A stretch of 20,000 nucleotides of DNA, taken from the NCBI GenBank assembly GCA_027604505.1, contig JADIIX010000025.1, positions 179,702 through 199,701 on the forward strand. The letters run 5' to 3'. The DNA is from Gonapodya sp. JEL0774. Its lineage: Eukaryota. The notes beneath the pieces are model-generated. The model saw only the letters and a list, made by a program, of their open reading frames with translations. It did no database searches and was not told where the DNA came from. Shown here piece after piece: positions 1 to 13,764 of the stretch (the first letter of the stretch is position 1; each line of letters starts with the position of its first letter). The translations under genes were made by a program, and so were the position numbers.

Positions 1-138
1 GGATGACCAGTCCTCACTTGGCAGTTGCCCTGTCCACAGTGAGGAATCAATGATGTTCTGTATCACCTTTGATAAGATTTTCGGTCACAGATATCACACG
101 CGTTGTAGCGCTCACACTCCGCACTGTGATCTAGAGCT

Positions 139-1430
139 ATGGGTTCCACCGTTTCAGACGCTTTCGTTCGCATCATCAAAGCGGAAAAGCTGCGTGTAGG
201 TGACATCGTGAGGTGAGCACTTTTCACTTCATCGCAGCACGATTATTTCACACTTTGACGATATCTGTTGTTCCATCCGCAGCTCAGATCCTTACGTCAT
301 TGGAACCTTCGTTTTCCCTGACCGGTCTTTCTCGAATTCCGTCGGCTTTCGGACAAGAACAATTCACAACACACTGACACCTTTTTACGACGATGACATC
401 GAGGTTTGGGAATTCGGAAACATCCCACCAAAGTCTGAGCTACGCTTTGTTATTCGAGATCGAGACCAGGGATTGGAAGAAGATGACCTGTTGGGAGAAT
501 GTGCCGTAACCTTTCCTGTAACCACTGACAACTCCGAGATGACTCTTCCGGTAATTTGGAACGGTGGACAGCGTGGAACGCTCACCGTTCGCATAACGAC
601 TCGACAATCGAGTGCGATTCGTCAGGGGCCTCCTACTCGCAGAGGCCGGCTACATTATACTCGTTTTGATTCTATTTCGATGGGATTGATCACCGCCTCG
701 AAGGCTGATTTTGCTACAAATCGGCTAGGGATTGCATTTTCGTTCTGGGAGGTGGAGCTCAACAAAGTCGACGATTTCGATGTTGCATTACGAGTATATC
801 CGTGGAACAAGTCCTATCCACCTGGGCAAAAAATCTACGCCGACACCCCCAGCGCAAGGTTGATTCGCGGTATGGTACATAGAGAGCACATCGGTCTCTA
901 CCATCGTCGTGGCGATCAGCTTTCACAACGTGGCTTGATTGCGAATGGAGATGAATTCCTCCGAATATTCAACTACGGGAAACGGCAGAATATTTCCCGA
1001 GTATTTACCTATGTCGTGGTGGATGCTCCGAACGATGGAGGACCGTTTTTAAGGTTCTCGGAGACAGGATCAAGCTTTACCAAAGACTTTGCTAGCAAAC
1101 ATGCGGTTCATGCCAATGCCGCAACAGATGTTCGTGTCGCGGGGGAATTTATTGTGATAGGGGGACAAGATGGCGAGGGATACACTTTGGTTTTAGACAA
1201 TGCCTCCGGTACATTTGGGCCCGACTTGGATGGTGTATTGCGACTGGTGAGGTTCACTTTCGTTGAATATTCCTCTCGTCATCATTCAAAATGCAGTTTC
1301 AACCCGCAAGGCTAAAAACCTTGAAACAAACCTTCCGGGTTTGAAAGTTGCTGCTTACGCGTTTGACGATCCAAACTTAACCGCTATGAAAAAGCCGATT
1401 GCAGATCAGTCAAATGGTCTGGCCAAATGA
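139..1430 (+). CDS. C2-domain protein with an uncharacterised conserved C-terminal domain (3 exons: 139-212, 283-1246, 1311-1430)
   Basis: ATG at 139. Introns 213-282 (gtgagc..cag) and 1247-1310 (gtgagg..aag) join the exons in frame with ORF 473..1315. The N-terminus reads MGSTVSDAFVRIIKAEKLRVGDIVSSDPYV...RTRTIHNTLTP...RFVIRDRDQGLEEDDLLGEC, a C2 pattern with the Ca-ligand aspartates. The C-terminus ends ...NLPGLKVAAYAFDDPNLTAMKKPIADQSNGLAK*. Confidence 0.85.
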
Positions 1431-2024
1431 TTGATTCTCACTTTTATTACCGCTCTCACAATGACTTATTTTATGTAATCACCTGCGAATGTTTGTTCAT
1501 ATAGCATCAAGCTGACTCTACCAACCTCGTCATCAAGAATAACAGAGTTACTCCCATAGAAAGAGTGTTATTCTGTCCCTTTGTTGAGCTCCGGTGTTCA
1601 TTAGTTGCTTGGCAACAACCAGTCGGAAAACGGGCGTTGAGACGTTGTTTGAGAAACACGCCCACCAAACCTAAGAGTAGTGTGACTTAGCTAATTTGTT
1701 GATAATTGATCATCTATCATTGTCAGCCAACTACGGTCGAGAATAGATGAGCGACTAGTCCATTCGACGATTCTAATATCCAAGAAGGGATGAATAGGAT
1801 CACTACGATTAGGTGCATGCTCATTGCAAATTTGTAGTTATTAGAAAAGCGAGTCAAATTTTGAATGGTTCGCGTTTTCAGACGAACCTGCACTTCTGGT
1901 AACCCTGACGTGCAAACCCATATTGAGGTGGCAAAGCAACCCGAGTTCCGAGTCACCACTTCGTCACTAATTCATTTCTCGCACACATTAAGCATTCATC
2001 TCACGAGCTTTCAATTTCAGCACA

Positions 2025-3777
<1,753 letters not shown>

Positions 3778-4039
3778 AGAATTGGAATGTATAATCTCCT
3801 ATGTTGTCGCTAGCAAATCAATAGATTGGTATTGTTCCGAATCTGTAGCGAGATGTGTGATTTCTGCACGGACCATGAAGGAGCTGGGAATCGACCACTT
3901 CACCCGTTGCCTAAGGACCACTCATCGATTCAGCATCCCATTTGATCGTGCCATGCATCATTTCTCTCTTTCTTATCTTCAAGACCACGTTCCCCCCCGA
4001 CCACGACAAGCACTGGCTGGCCGACAACGGACTATTGGT

Positions 4040-6972
4040 ATGGAGCCCATTATTTACGGGATTTGTTGCCTAGCCATAACCATCATGCCCGCGTTAGGCA
4101 TGCCAGAGAGTGAGTTTACGGGAGCAGTGGGTTTGCGAGGCATAAGTCTCATGCGGGTGAAGTTTCATGTCCTCTCGATCCGTTCATAAACTCCAGTGCA
4201 TCTTAACCCCCTTACCTCCTCTTACGCGATCGCATCACAAAAGCATCCACTCGACTTTCGACGACTGGAGTGGCTGAGCCAGAGTTCACATGTGTTGGAG
4301 CCAGTCACTCTTCACCTTCATATTGAGGAGCAATCGCGCAACTCGACAAATATACAAACCACGGAAATCGAATCTTCTGAATGGGACTTGACGCTAGAAC
4401 TTGAGCCCAATAAACACCTGCTTGATCGGTTGAATCCAAATCTGAAGCGGGCCCATGCCTTCTCCATTCTCTCTGGAGTCGTACGTGGAATACCTGGATC
4501 TGTTGCTCGGATTACCAAAGAAGATGACGGAATATTCGAAGGAAGCATTTTTGTTCCTGCGAATAGCTCTCTGCGATATGCGGGGCGATTCTCGAACGAA
4601 AATACAACGTTTTACTTAGAACGAATATTCGGGACCAAACGCATGGCTCTTTACCGCTCAAGTCACATTGAACGCACCACGACTCGAAATACAGGCTCCT
4701 CGATGAAGCGCGATGAAGCGCAAGAAATGTGTGGGTCACTTCGAACGGGACCTATTCGAAAGTCTCAATCCCTGGGAGCATCTTCGGTTATCTCATCTCC
4801 AAGCCTGTCAAAATACTCTTTTATGATCACCCCGAGACCTTCTTGGAGTGGTAGAGACTGTCCGGTCGCTTTAGTTGCGGATGCTTCTTTTCTGTCAAAA
4901 TACGGGGATGGAGCAGCGACAAAAATGCTGGGTGTGCTGAATGACGTGGACGCTATCTATAAGCGAGAATTTAATGGCGAGTACTTATCGAACTATTTGC
5001 ATCCGCTGGATATCCGTTGGGACACTGAACCCTGGTTCAAAGTTGGTTTGCCGGTGACTTACCTGGCAATCATCTCCAACAAAACCGACATATCAGGTCT
5101 GGGCACTGCTTCCAACTCGATTTCCAATCTCTTGGACATGTTTTCACTGTCTGTGCGCACTGGGAGCATTCCAAACGCCACCACGCTCTCACAAACAAAT
5201 CCCTGTCTGGTACATCTGTTCACATTCCAAGATTTCTCGCCAACTTTGGGTCTCGCATGGACAGGCACCTCGAGCACAAACGGTGGTGTCTGTGCAACTT
5301 CGGGATATAACACAGGAGTCTCTACAAGCGTTTTGAGGGGGGTGCCCATCAGCAGAGCTGGATGGATTACGACTGTTGCGCATGGTAAGGAATGCGATCT
5401 TTCTTAATTTTAATGCATGTCATTTTTTTTCACCACTGTTCTTACAGAGATTGGGCACGGTTTTGGGAGCGACCATGATGGCGCTCACTCAGCGAAACCT
5501 CCCGGGAATCCCCCAGAATGTGCTCCGAGTGGAGGTAAGAGAACTCAGACAGAATTTGGTACCGCTAATTATAATGGCACCATAATACCCAGCACCCTTC
5601 ATCATGTACCCAACTGTTGCGCCATCTCAAAACTCACAAAAGTTCTCAAATTGCTCCAATCTCCTCATCAAATCTTTCCTCAATGACCGAGCCAGCTGCT
5701 TCGTCCCCCAGTACGACAGTGTATCCCTGACTGATGACCTACCCGTCATCGGCTTGGGGAGCCCTCAGTTGGAAGATCAGTGTCAGATGATGTCTTCGGT
5801 TCTACCTGAATCGCCTCCCAACGGATACACAGACTGCCCTCTTTCGTACCTTCCACCAGATTACTTTTGTCGCTTGTCCTGCGTCAACCCTTCTTCGCCG
5901 GAATCTGGTCAATGCCTTACTTGGGTGTTTGGTGTGGCTCAAGTGCCTCTCAATAAGACAGACGGCACTCCTTGTGGTGCTACTAAAAACTCGACGCTCG
6001 TGTGTCTTGGTGGTATATGCCAGAACGATACGAGAAAGAACGTGTGTGATCCCAAGAATCCGTGTTGCGATGCATACGGAGCTTACAAACCAGAAACTCA
6101 CAGGTGCCGGAAAGCACCTCGTGGAAACAACTGCCGCAATGATGACTTTTGTAACGGTCTTGATGATAATTGTGGATTCAACGTGTCCCCTCCTGGCTCT
6201 GTCTGCAATGAAACTGGTGTTTGCGGGTCTGGTTCTTCCTTTGGAGTCTGCCTGTTGGGCGCATCGCCCACTGTTTCTCTGGGAGCGCAAGACATTGACA
6301 CGAGCGCCAGGACTGTTTCCGGATCATCTTGCGGAAACATCACCTGTTCGAAGTTGGAGTCCTGCATAACAATTTCAACAAAGCAGGAATGCGTTCGACT
6401 CTCTCCAGGTTCTTGCCGGTACTTGTGCGAATCCGGCAGTGCATTACCAACTCAGACAAATAGCTCTTGCACCTGTTCTTCTATGTGTCTGATCGATCAC
6501 TCATGTTGCTCTGACTATGAATCTTGGTGTATCCCGCAAGCTTCCGCTTTCAAGATTGAACAACAATCCTGGTGGACTACCACCACTATCGCGATCGTCG
6601 TAGGATCTGCAACCGCAGGAGTCTTAGTCTTTGCCATCTTGGCGGCATCATTAATTTTGTGGCGGCAACGTGCAGAATCACTTCCAACTACCAAGCTAGC
6701 ACGACGACACAAAATGGTCAGCCCTGTGGTTTGCAGGATATTTTTGAGCATCATTTTGAACACACGATTCTTTGAATCTGCAGGGACCTAGTTCGCAGTC
6801 TGAGAGAAACCCTCCCCTTATTGTGGCGTCCACCACTGCTGAACTCCTCAATGCGTCTCCGGGAACCTCTACTTATATGGGACCGCAGCGTCATAGCTCC
6901 AGCAATCTTGAATCACCGGACAAATCAATTGATATTTTGCAATATCCTGGCGGCCTCGATGAGACTATTTAA
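4040..6972 (+). CDS. ADAM/reprolysin (M12B) type-I membrane zinc metalloprotease with Cys-rich, disintegrin-like and somatomedin-B-like modules (exons 4040-4109, 4197-4976, 5043-5384, 5448-5534, 5593-6716, 6784-6972)
   Basis: Signal peptide MEPIIYGICCLAITIMPALG, then a prodomain and CPVALVADASF. The zinc motif HEIGHGFGSDHD is rebuilt across intron 5385-5447, and the Met-turn PFIMYP follows intron 5535-5592. A Cys-rich ectodomain, a TM helix (IAIVVGSATAGVLVFAILAASLILW) and a short cytosolic tail follow. The 4977-5042 intron is inferred (GC-AG, in frame). Confidence 0.92.
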
Positions 6973-7072
6973 GTCGATATCAATAATAGCTTGCATATAA
7001 TACAAAGGAATGGTAATGTACTAGATGTTCTTATTAATACTCCTGCAAAGATTGCATAGTTTGCAAATGCAT

Positions 7073-10000
7073 TCACGCGTAGAACCTATAAAAACGAAAA
7101 AAGTGAAGCAAAGAGAGGACAATTCTCATTCGAAAGTCACTCACTTCTTGTTGAGAAGAAAGAGTAAGAGGTTGAGATTAACTTTTGCAACGTCAAACAG
7201 GGTCATAAATTGAACGCCATCATACTATAATGGGATGGTTATAGCACAAAATAATTGCGATGCCGGGTTCTCTCAATTCACCTGATCCTGAAGAAGATCA
7301 TCCAATCGCAGCTCCATCTGCTCAGTCACCTTCACTCCGAGTATTGTTGCATCAACTTTGAACACGCCTGGCTCGTTCGACGCTATGATGAGGGAGACCT
7401 GGCCATATCTGGTGCGAATACAATTGTAAACGTGATCACCCAGATTTGAAACAGAGAGCAGAAACGTACTGTTTAGCTGGGATGCCTTCCAACTCAATGA
7501 GCACGCCTTTCTGCTTCAAATCATCTGCATTATATTTTACCGATCCGAACTGGGGAACAGCACCCTGCCTTTCGAGGTCTCTCAGGTGCCAGAACTGCTT
7601 GGTGAAAAGCTTCGGACGTTTCCCATTCCGCCTAAATCATTCAATGTCACAGACCAACTCAGATGAGCACGAAACGAGAGAGAAGAGCTTACCCCTTTTT
7701 GTTGCTCAGCTGCTTCATGCATGCATTTATGTAGTCCTGGAAGCTCTTGATTTGTTCGCTCAGGAAGTCGCCTTTGGCCTCCAATATTGCCAGCGTCTCT
7801 TTTGCTCGTGTAATCTCCTGTTTTCTTTGCGCCCGCCGGCGATGCTTGTTCAAAATATCCTGATCAAGCAATTACTCTTAACGACGCAAAAATTTCATTG
7901 ATTTGACACGAGAAACGTGGTACCTTTGCAATGTCATTAAGAAGCGCCTGATAATTGTCTTCTGCGCTGCATCGTCCCTCATCGGCCAGCTTGAGGATAT
8001 CCTTGAATGTTGCTTCTTTCAAGGCGGCGAAAGTCATACCAGTCATTGCGTCGGTACTTCCGTTCATCGAACCACTTCCATTCACATCGCGAGCTTGACT
8101 ACCCAGAACGTGCTCCTTGCTCATGCTCACGCGAACGATGGCACTGTGACTATTCTTCAAATCTCCACTCCTGTTGTCCCTCATTTCGCTTCCACGACGA
8201 TTTTTGTTGAGGCTGCTCTGCGAAGCTTCGGGTAGATTCTCGACGGATGCTGCCGCCGTGGCATCGCTGGCTTTCCTTCGAGCATCTCTTGCTGTCTCAT
8301 GCGCCTGCTTCTGCAGCTTGTGCTCGAACACTGTGTGAGTTCGCGCAAGCTCCTTTTCCTGAAGCCAGAGATTCCGCCATTTCGTTTCATCCGCTTCTGT
8401 CGAAGCCTTCTGCAGCACTTCCACAAGGGATTTCCCCGACTGAACCCGAATAATGAGCGCGACTTTTCGCTTTGCATCGAGCCACAGTTTACTCATATAC
8501 TTTTCGTGTTCTGGGGTTGAGAGCGTGAGAGCAGGTTGTGTTGGTGTCCCAAACGTCGACTCACCGTCAACCGCGGGGGCAAAACGATTCACCAACTGCA
8601 GACTTATAGTGCCCTTCCCAGTATCAACTTCCGAAACGGTCGCTGCGGGTCCCAGCTCATGAAGAACTATGGCCAACGGATCGTCGGATTTTGGCGCCAC
8701 GTCGCCAATGTAATCCGCAAGGGTGCGTTGGATTTGGAAGATCTCACGAGGCGAAATGTAAATGACGGGCTATGATTCAAAAGGGATAGTCAAAGTTTTG
8801 CGTAATTCCCTAGCAAAGAGACTGGAACACAGTACAAACCTTGTGGGTGGTAGCTAAGTCCCGATACTCATCAATTTTGTAGTGATCCTCAGCCGAGCTT
8901 ACAATGCAAGCTGACAAAAGCGTGTTTTAAAACAAATAAAATTTCAATGTTACAGCATAAAGTTACACATACCTGCTCCAAAAAATGCCGCAAATCTCCC
9001 TGTTGATGTCCGGATGTAATCATTGAGAGGTAGGAGCCATGGGTTGTCGTCACCCACAAGGCGCCCAGTGGACATCATGTGCAGGAGCTTAGCGATTTCG
9101 GCTAAATTTTTACGTTGATTGGGATCTACCACCCCTTCCACAACGTCGAACGCTTCCGGAGCACTGACAAGTTCACAATGAAAAAATGTCCCGGAACACA
9201 TAAAAGCTCCAGGAACGCGACAACAACACACCAGATTGCAGGATTCATGTATCTGTAATACAATAGGTTTCCAATAATCTTGGTAATCTCTTGATGTGTG
9301 CCGAATTTTTTCTCGAGGGCGTCCTTGAGCTCTTTGGCAATGAACCGAATGCCAAATGGTATACTGTCAAGGGACGCAACGATCGCATCCAAGAACCTCT
9401 GTGTAAGTTCTTTGAGTTTTTGCAGGTCTGCAAGTCCATCAAACGAGCACATTTGCCTTTGCTTGACATCGCCATAAACGGAACATCCCACTCACGCTTT
9501 ACATAAACCTCTCTAGTCTCCTCATCTTTAAGCGCCTCTTTTGCCGTTGCATTGTAGTTCCTCCTCGATTTCTCCCCTGTCCTTGACTCTTCTTCCTGAA
9601 TGAGAGCCCGGAAGATTCCCACCGGATCCGTCTCGAGATCCAAATGCGTGGTGCCTAGAATATCCTGTATCAGAGGGCGGAGAAGGTCTCCAAGAAATTG
9701 ACGTTCTTTGGCACCTCTGATTGAATGGTGATGAGCAGTTGGAGGTGACATTTTCCTAAGGTGGAAGTCAACTTACCGAGTGTAGTGAAGAATGAGCTTC
9801 ACGAAGAAAGGATTCACTTTCCAGTACTCCTCGGGAGATGAAATGTCGTCCACTTCGTACTTGATCGAGAGCTACACACAGTCAAAGGAAAATTTGAGGT
9901 TTTGACTTCAGGTTCTTGACTTCCGGTTCCACCCCATATGCAAACGCAACTGACCTTGATCAAATTGAGCAACATGTACTCCTCTCTTTCATTTTGCGCG

Positions 10001-12753
10001 TACCCATATAGTGCCATAACGGTTCCCTCCAAAAAGGCATTGAAGCTTGCCCCTTGCGTCTTGTTGAGAACCATCATCAGTCTTGCCAAATACTCTGGGT
10101 GCGTCTGTAGAAGGTAAAACAGATTTCCATAAAGCGCGACTTTTGCTCTAGCTTCCTTATCGCCGTTTTTGCTCGAGAACAAGTTCTCCCGACTAGCCAG
10201 CAGTTTTCCTTGTGAATCAGACAATGTCTTGACTGCACGTCGGTTCCGGCGGGCAACCAAATCGTCCAGAGAGATTCTGTTGCGTACAAGAAGGGAGATC
10301 TTGACATCTAGATCAGTGACGTCTGACTCGAGGTGGGCGTTCTCGCGTATACGGTGGATAATAAGCTGGCGGAGACGTTCGAGTTCTGCGTTGCAAGGAA
10401 ACGGATGTGCGTTACGGTATAAATGAGCAGGACGGAGACAAAAAGGAGAGAATTTTGGGCGATGCGAGACATTATAGGTGCGATGTGAGTCCCAATCTTA
10501 CGTGAGGATTGCTAAATTTCTTACCAAGCTCCTCGTCAAAGTCCATGCTTGTATCATCAACCATACTCGCAAATGTATGCAAGGTTTCCACGGTAGGATT
10601 GTCGAGATTCTCTTGAGACGTCATATCAGTTTTTCATATCTCAGAAAGTGCCATACAAATGCAACAACTCACTCAGCCCAAGGTAAGCCTTCCTCGCCCT
10701 CTTACCTCTCCACCAACTTTGTACCGCCACTGCTTCCTTGCTATACCTACCCAGCCGCTCCAACCGTTCCATATATCTCTTTCTTTCTTTTCTCCCTCTT
10801 TGAACAGCTTGCACTGTGGCAATCTTGTCTTCATTGGCCAAGAACCACAACTGCCTCTCACGTTCAGCACGAAGACGGGCCCGTTCAGCAGATTCACGGC
10901 GCTCTCGTTCCCGAAGGAGCGCTTCTTGTTCAAGACGCAGTCGCTCGTTCTCGATGCGGAGGGCTTCTAGCTCTCTTTGGCGCTGCTCTTCGATTCGACG
11001 ACGCTCCTCTTCTTCTCTCCTCTTCTTCTCGTCTCTCGCTGCTTTAGCGTGCTTCCGTCCCTTCCATCCTCTGACCCCGGCCTGGACCTTCACAATGTTC
11101 TTTTCATTTTCGGAGAACCACCTTTGCCGCTTCTGCTCTTCAGTTTCAACAGGCGCTTGTGTTGACAGTTCCCGAGCTAGAGAGGATTCAAGTGTGCCGA
11201 ACGACGGCAAAGGAACGGAGTTGGACGCAATTGCGGTCGTAGTTTCGGAGAGCTCCGCAGCTAAACATCAAGGATAGCAATACGTCCAGGAGCAGCCGCA
11301 AGGAACAGGAGAAAGTTATATTTGACAGTGAATTTCAAAGGATAACAATGGTTTCGCAGCGAAGTACAGAGAACCGACCGGTGAACTGCAACTGTCCGAC
11401 CAAATTTTTGATCCGAGGTGCAACACCACGTTTGGCAAGTAGATGACTGAGCAATATTCATAAGAGCAATAGGAGGGGAAGAGGCAATAGTTAAGAACTA
11501 GAAGAGAAAGGGGGAAACGGTGACAGTGACATCCGGAAATACCTGAGAGCGTGGATGCAGTAAATGACTTTTGGAAAGTTTTTGAGATCGTACAGGTCTG
11601 TGAGCTCGAAGATAAAAATCTGAGGAGAGGCGTTGAGCACATTCACACACAGATCACTTTTCACCGCTCTTTCTCTCACAAGCACGTACCTCGGGTAGCC
11701 CTAACCTCCGCACTGCCGCAAAAAAGAAGTTGACGTTGTCCGAATGCTTAAAATGCAATCTGCTCGTGTCCTCGTAAATTCTTCCCACTACCTCAGGCGC
11801 CAGACGGCGGGCCAGGTGGGCCAAGTGAATACCATTCCTGAGAGACTGAGCAAGGTCAATCGTGGGGGGGAGGGCGGAGGTGTTTGCGGGGAGGAGGGAC
11901 TCAAGCCAACTGCATGATGCGAAGGGTTTCATGGTCAGTATGCGTGACTACTTCAGGGCACGCGTTTTGGTGACACTTTATTCATGAACCAGTGGCATAC
12001 TGAACACAAGGATCCGCCAGTCTTTTGCCCTTGTTGCCCGTGTTCCAACGGCCCCAATACTAGAAGCAACCCAATAATACTCACTCCTTCGCCTCTCCAA
12101 TGTGACAGAGATACTCATACGCCTGCAGGTGCTCTCTCTCTACGTCCATCCACGTACCCCCTTTGGCACCGCCGAGCGCAATCGCTGCAGGCGAAACCGG
12201 CAACGTGCCACCGTCCGGAAGCGACAGAGCCGGGATTGAAGCAGTAAGGGAATTGGAAGAGGGATTTTCGTGTTTCCGAAGGCGAACACGGTCATGAAGT
12301 CCTGCGTGGAAGGAACGTAAACGAACTTGTCAACATTCCAAACGATCACATCTTGGCGTGCTTTCTCCCGTTTGCGCGTTTGCGAAATATTGTTCCTCTT
12401 TGGATATAATTTTGCTCCGAGTCCCAATGAAAGTGTATTGAAATTGGAGGAGTGCTCAATTTGCGGAGTAAAATAATGGCAGTGATTGCCCCCTTCTGCC
12501 AGATGCTATCTCCCATGCAAAACCAAAAAGAATACACACCCATGACCTCATTTGCATCGTCTGACTGAATGGCGACACGTGGGGACACAGTCTCAGTAGA
12601 GTGTAGACCCCCTGACGACTCTGTTCTCCTTGAAAAGAGTCTGGCCCCCTCAGAGCCAGGTTTTGTGGGAGATGCGTGGCCCATGTCCGAGTTTGTGGAT
12701 GGGAGAGGCGGAATCATGGGCATCGATATAGGTGTGAGAGATGAGCGCGACAT
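7073..12753 (-). CDS. IQG1: IQGAP (CH domain, IQ motifs, RasGAP-related domain, RasGAP_C), about 18 exons; 5' end less certain
   Basis: WMDVEREHLQAYEYLCHIGEAK (exon 12301-12085). CH domain LAQSLRNGIHLAHL...FKHSDNVNFFF, FELTDLYDLKNFPKVIYCIHAL. IQ motifs VQAGVRGWKGRK, VQAVQRGRKERK and VQSWWRGKRARK. Further motifs YGNLFYLLQTHPEYLARL, GRD NLLYYRYMNPAI and QRKNLAEIAKLL. The C-terminus LRLDDLLQDQ/YDGVQFMTLFDVAKVNLNLLLFLLNKK/FYA* uses last intron 7086-7144. The first exon 12753-12540 splices in phase to 12301. Confidence 0.95.
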
Positions 12754-13424
12754 TTCCGGCAAAAGTGACGTTTTGAATACTTGGACGTTTCGCTCGTGCA
12801 GCAGCGTTAGCGGCCAAGCAATGTGAAATAGGATTTTGTTTACGATGGTGAGGATTCAGTGTTTGCTTGTAACTCGTGGGATGTGAGAAGAGGTCGCGTT
12901 GGGTCTGGGAAACGGCAAATCAGAAATTGATCAGCGGCACTCATCACTGCCGCAGCTGTAATACTTCAATAATTTTGAAACAATTTTCTTATGTATTTGT
13001 ATCTAGAATTGTGTTGCGGCATAACTCGTTTTGCAAGGAACACAGAAGCTTTGAGGTGAAGGACAAGAGTTGTTCACTCATTTTGCTACACCTCCTCACC
13101 AATTCTTGACAGGTTTTGGTCGCTACATTTGTACCTCCGCGAAGATCGTGTCTTGACGATACAACAAAGGTGGCGAGATCACCGTGCACCATTACTTATA
13201 AGCCATTTTTGTTTTCCCCAACGGCTGTTTGCATTCGACCGACGGAGTGGTCAATCGTACCAATTGGCGTGTATATCTTCATCATCTACCGAATCCCGGG
13301 GCAGAGGTTCATTGTGAACCCCCAATCGGACCTTCAAACCTGCTTTCTGAGGTGGGTTTCCCAAACGGCCTCTTTCTCATCTGGATTCAACATTCATAGA
13401 GACGAATGCTTGGGCCGCCGACAA

Positions 13425-13508
13425 CCCCGCTGACGCGAAATATCCGCTGAACCTTTGTGTGGAGCCGGCAACGCATGTCGCAAACTGGAATTCCTCGATA
13501 CTGAGGGG
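13425..13508 (+). ncRNA. snR57: Box C/D snoRNA, snR57 homologue (guide for SSU rRNA site equivalent to yeast Gm1572)
   Basis: Guide GGAATTCCTCG (13487-13497) is complementary to conserved SSU CGAGGAAUUCC. With D box CTGA at 13501-13504, the +5 rule points to the G of AAC-G-AGG. Terminal stem CCCC/GGGG extends by ccgacaa/ttgttgg. The C box is degenerate (CTGACGC 13430-13436). Confidence 0.8.
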
Positions 13509-13764
13509 ACTTGTTGGAGATGCTACGCTAATAGAGCGGATACCTTGCATCTGAGGATCTCCCCAAAAACGTCTTGTCGTGTTTCTTCGTGATTGAATGC
13601 TGACACTTTTGTCCGTGGCAATTTTCCACACAAGACATCACACGCGGGGGAACGAATTCCGCTCAAGACTCTACACCCAATTGAACACGACCTCCCACGC
13701 TTGGTGAGTTTCTGCGGCTCCTTTGAATCCAATCAAATCGTTTTCCTTGGACACAAGTGTCAGA

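Noticed and set aside
10478..11277. Long plus-strand ORFs (189, 153, 103 aa) opposite IQGAP
   Set aside because: They are antisense shadows of the E/R-rich IQGAP exon with S/L/R-biased composition.
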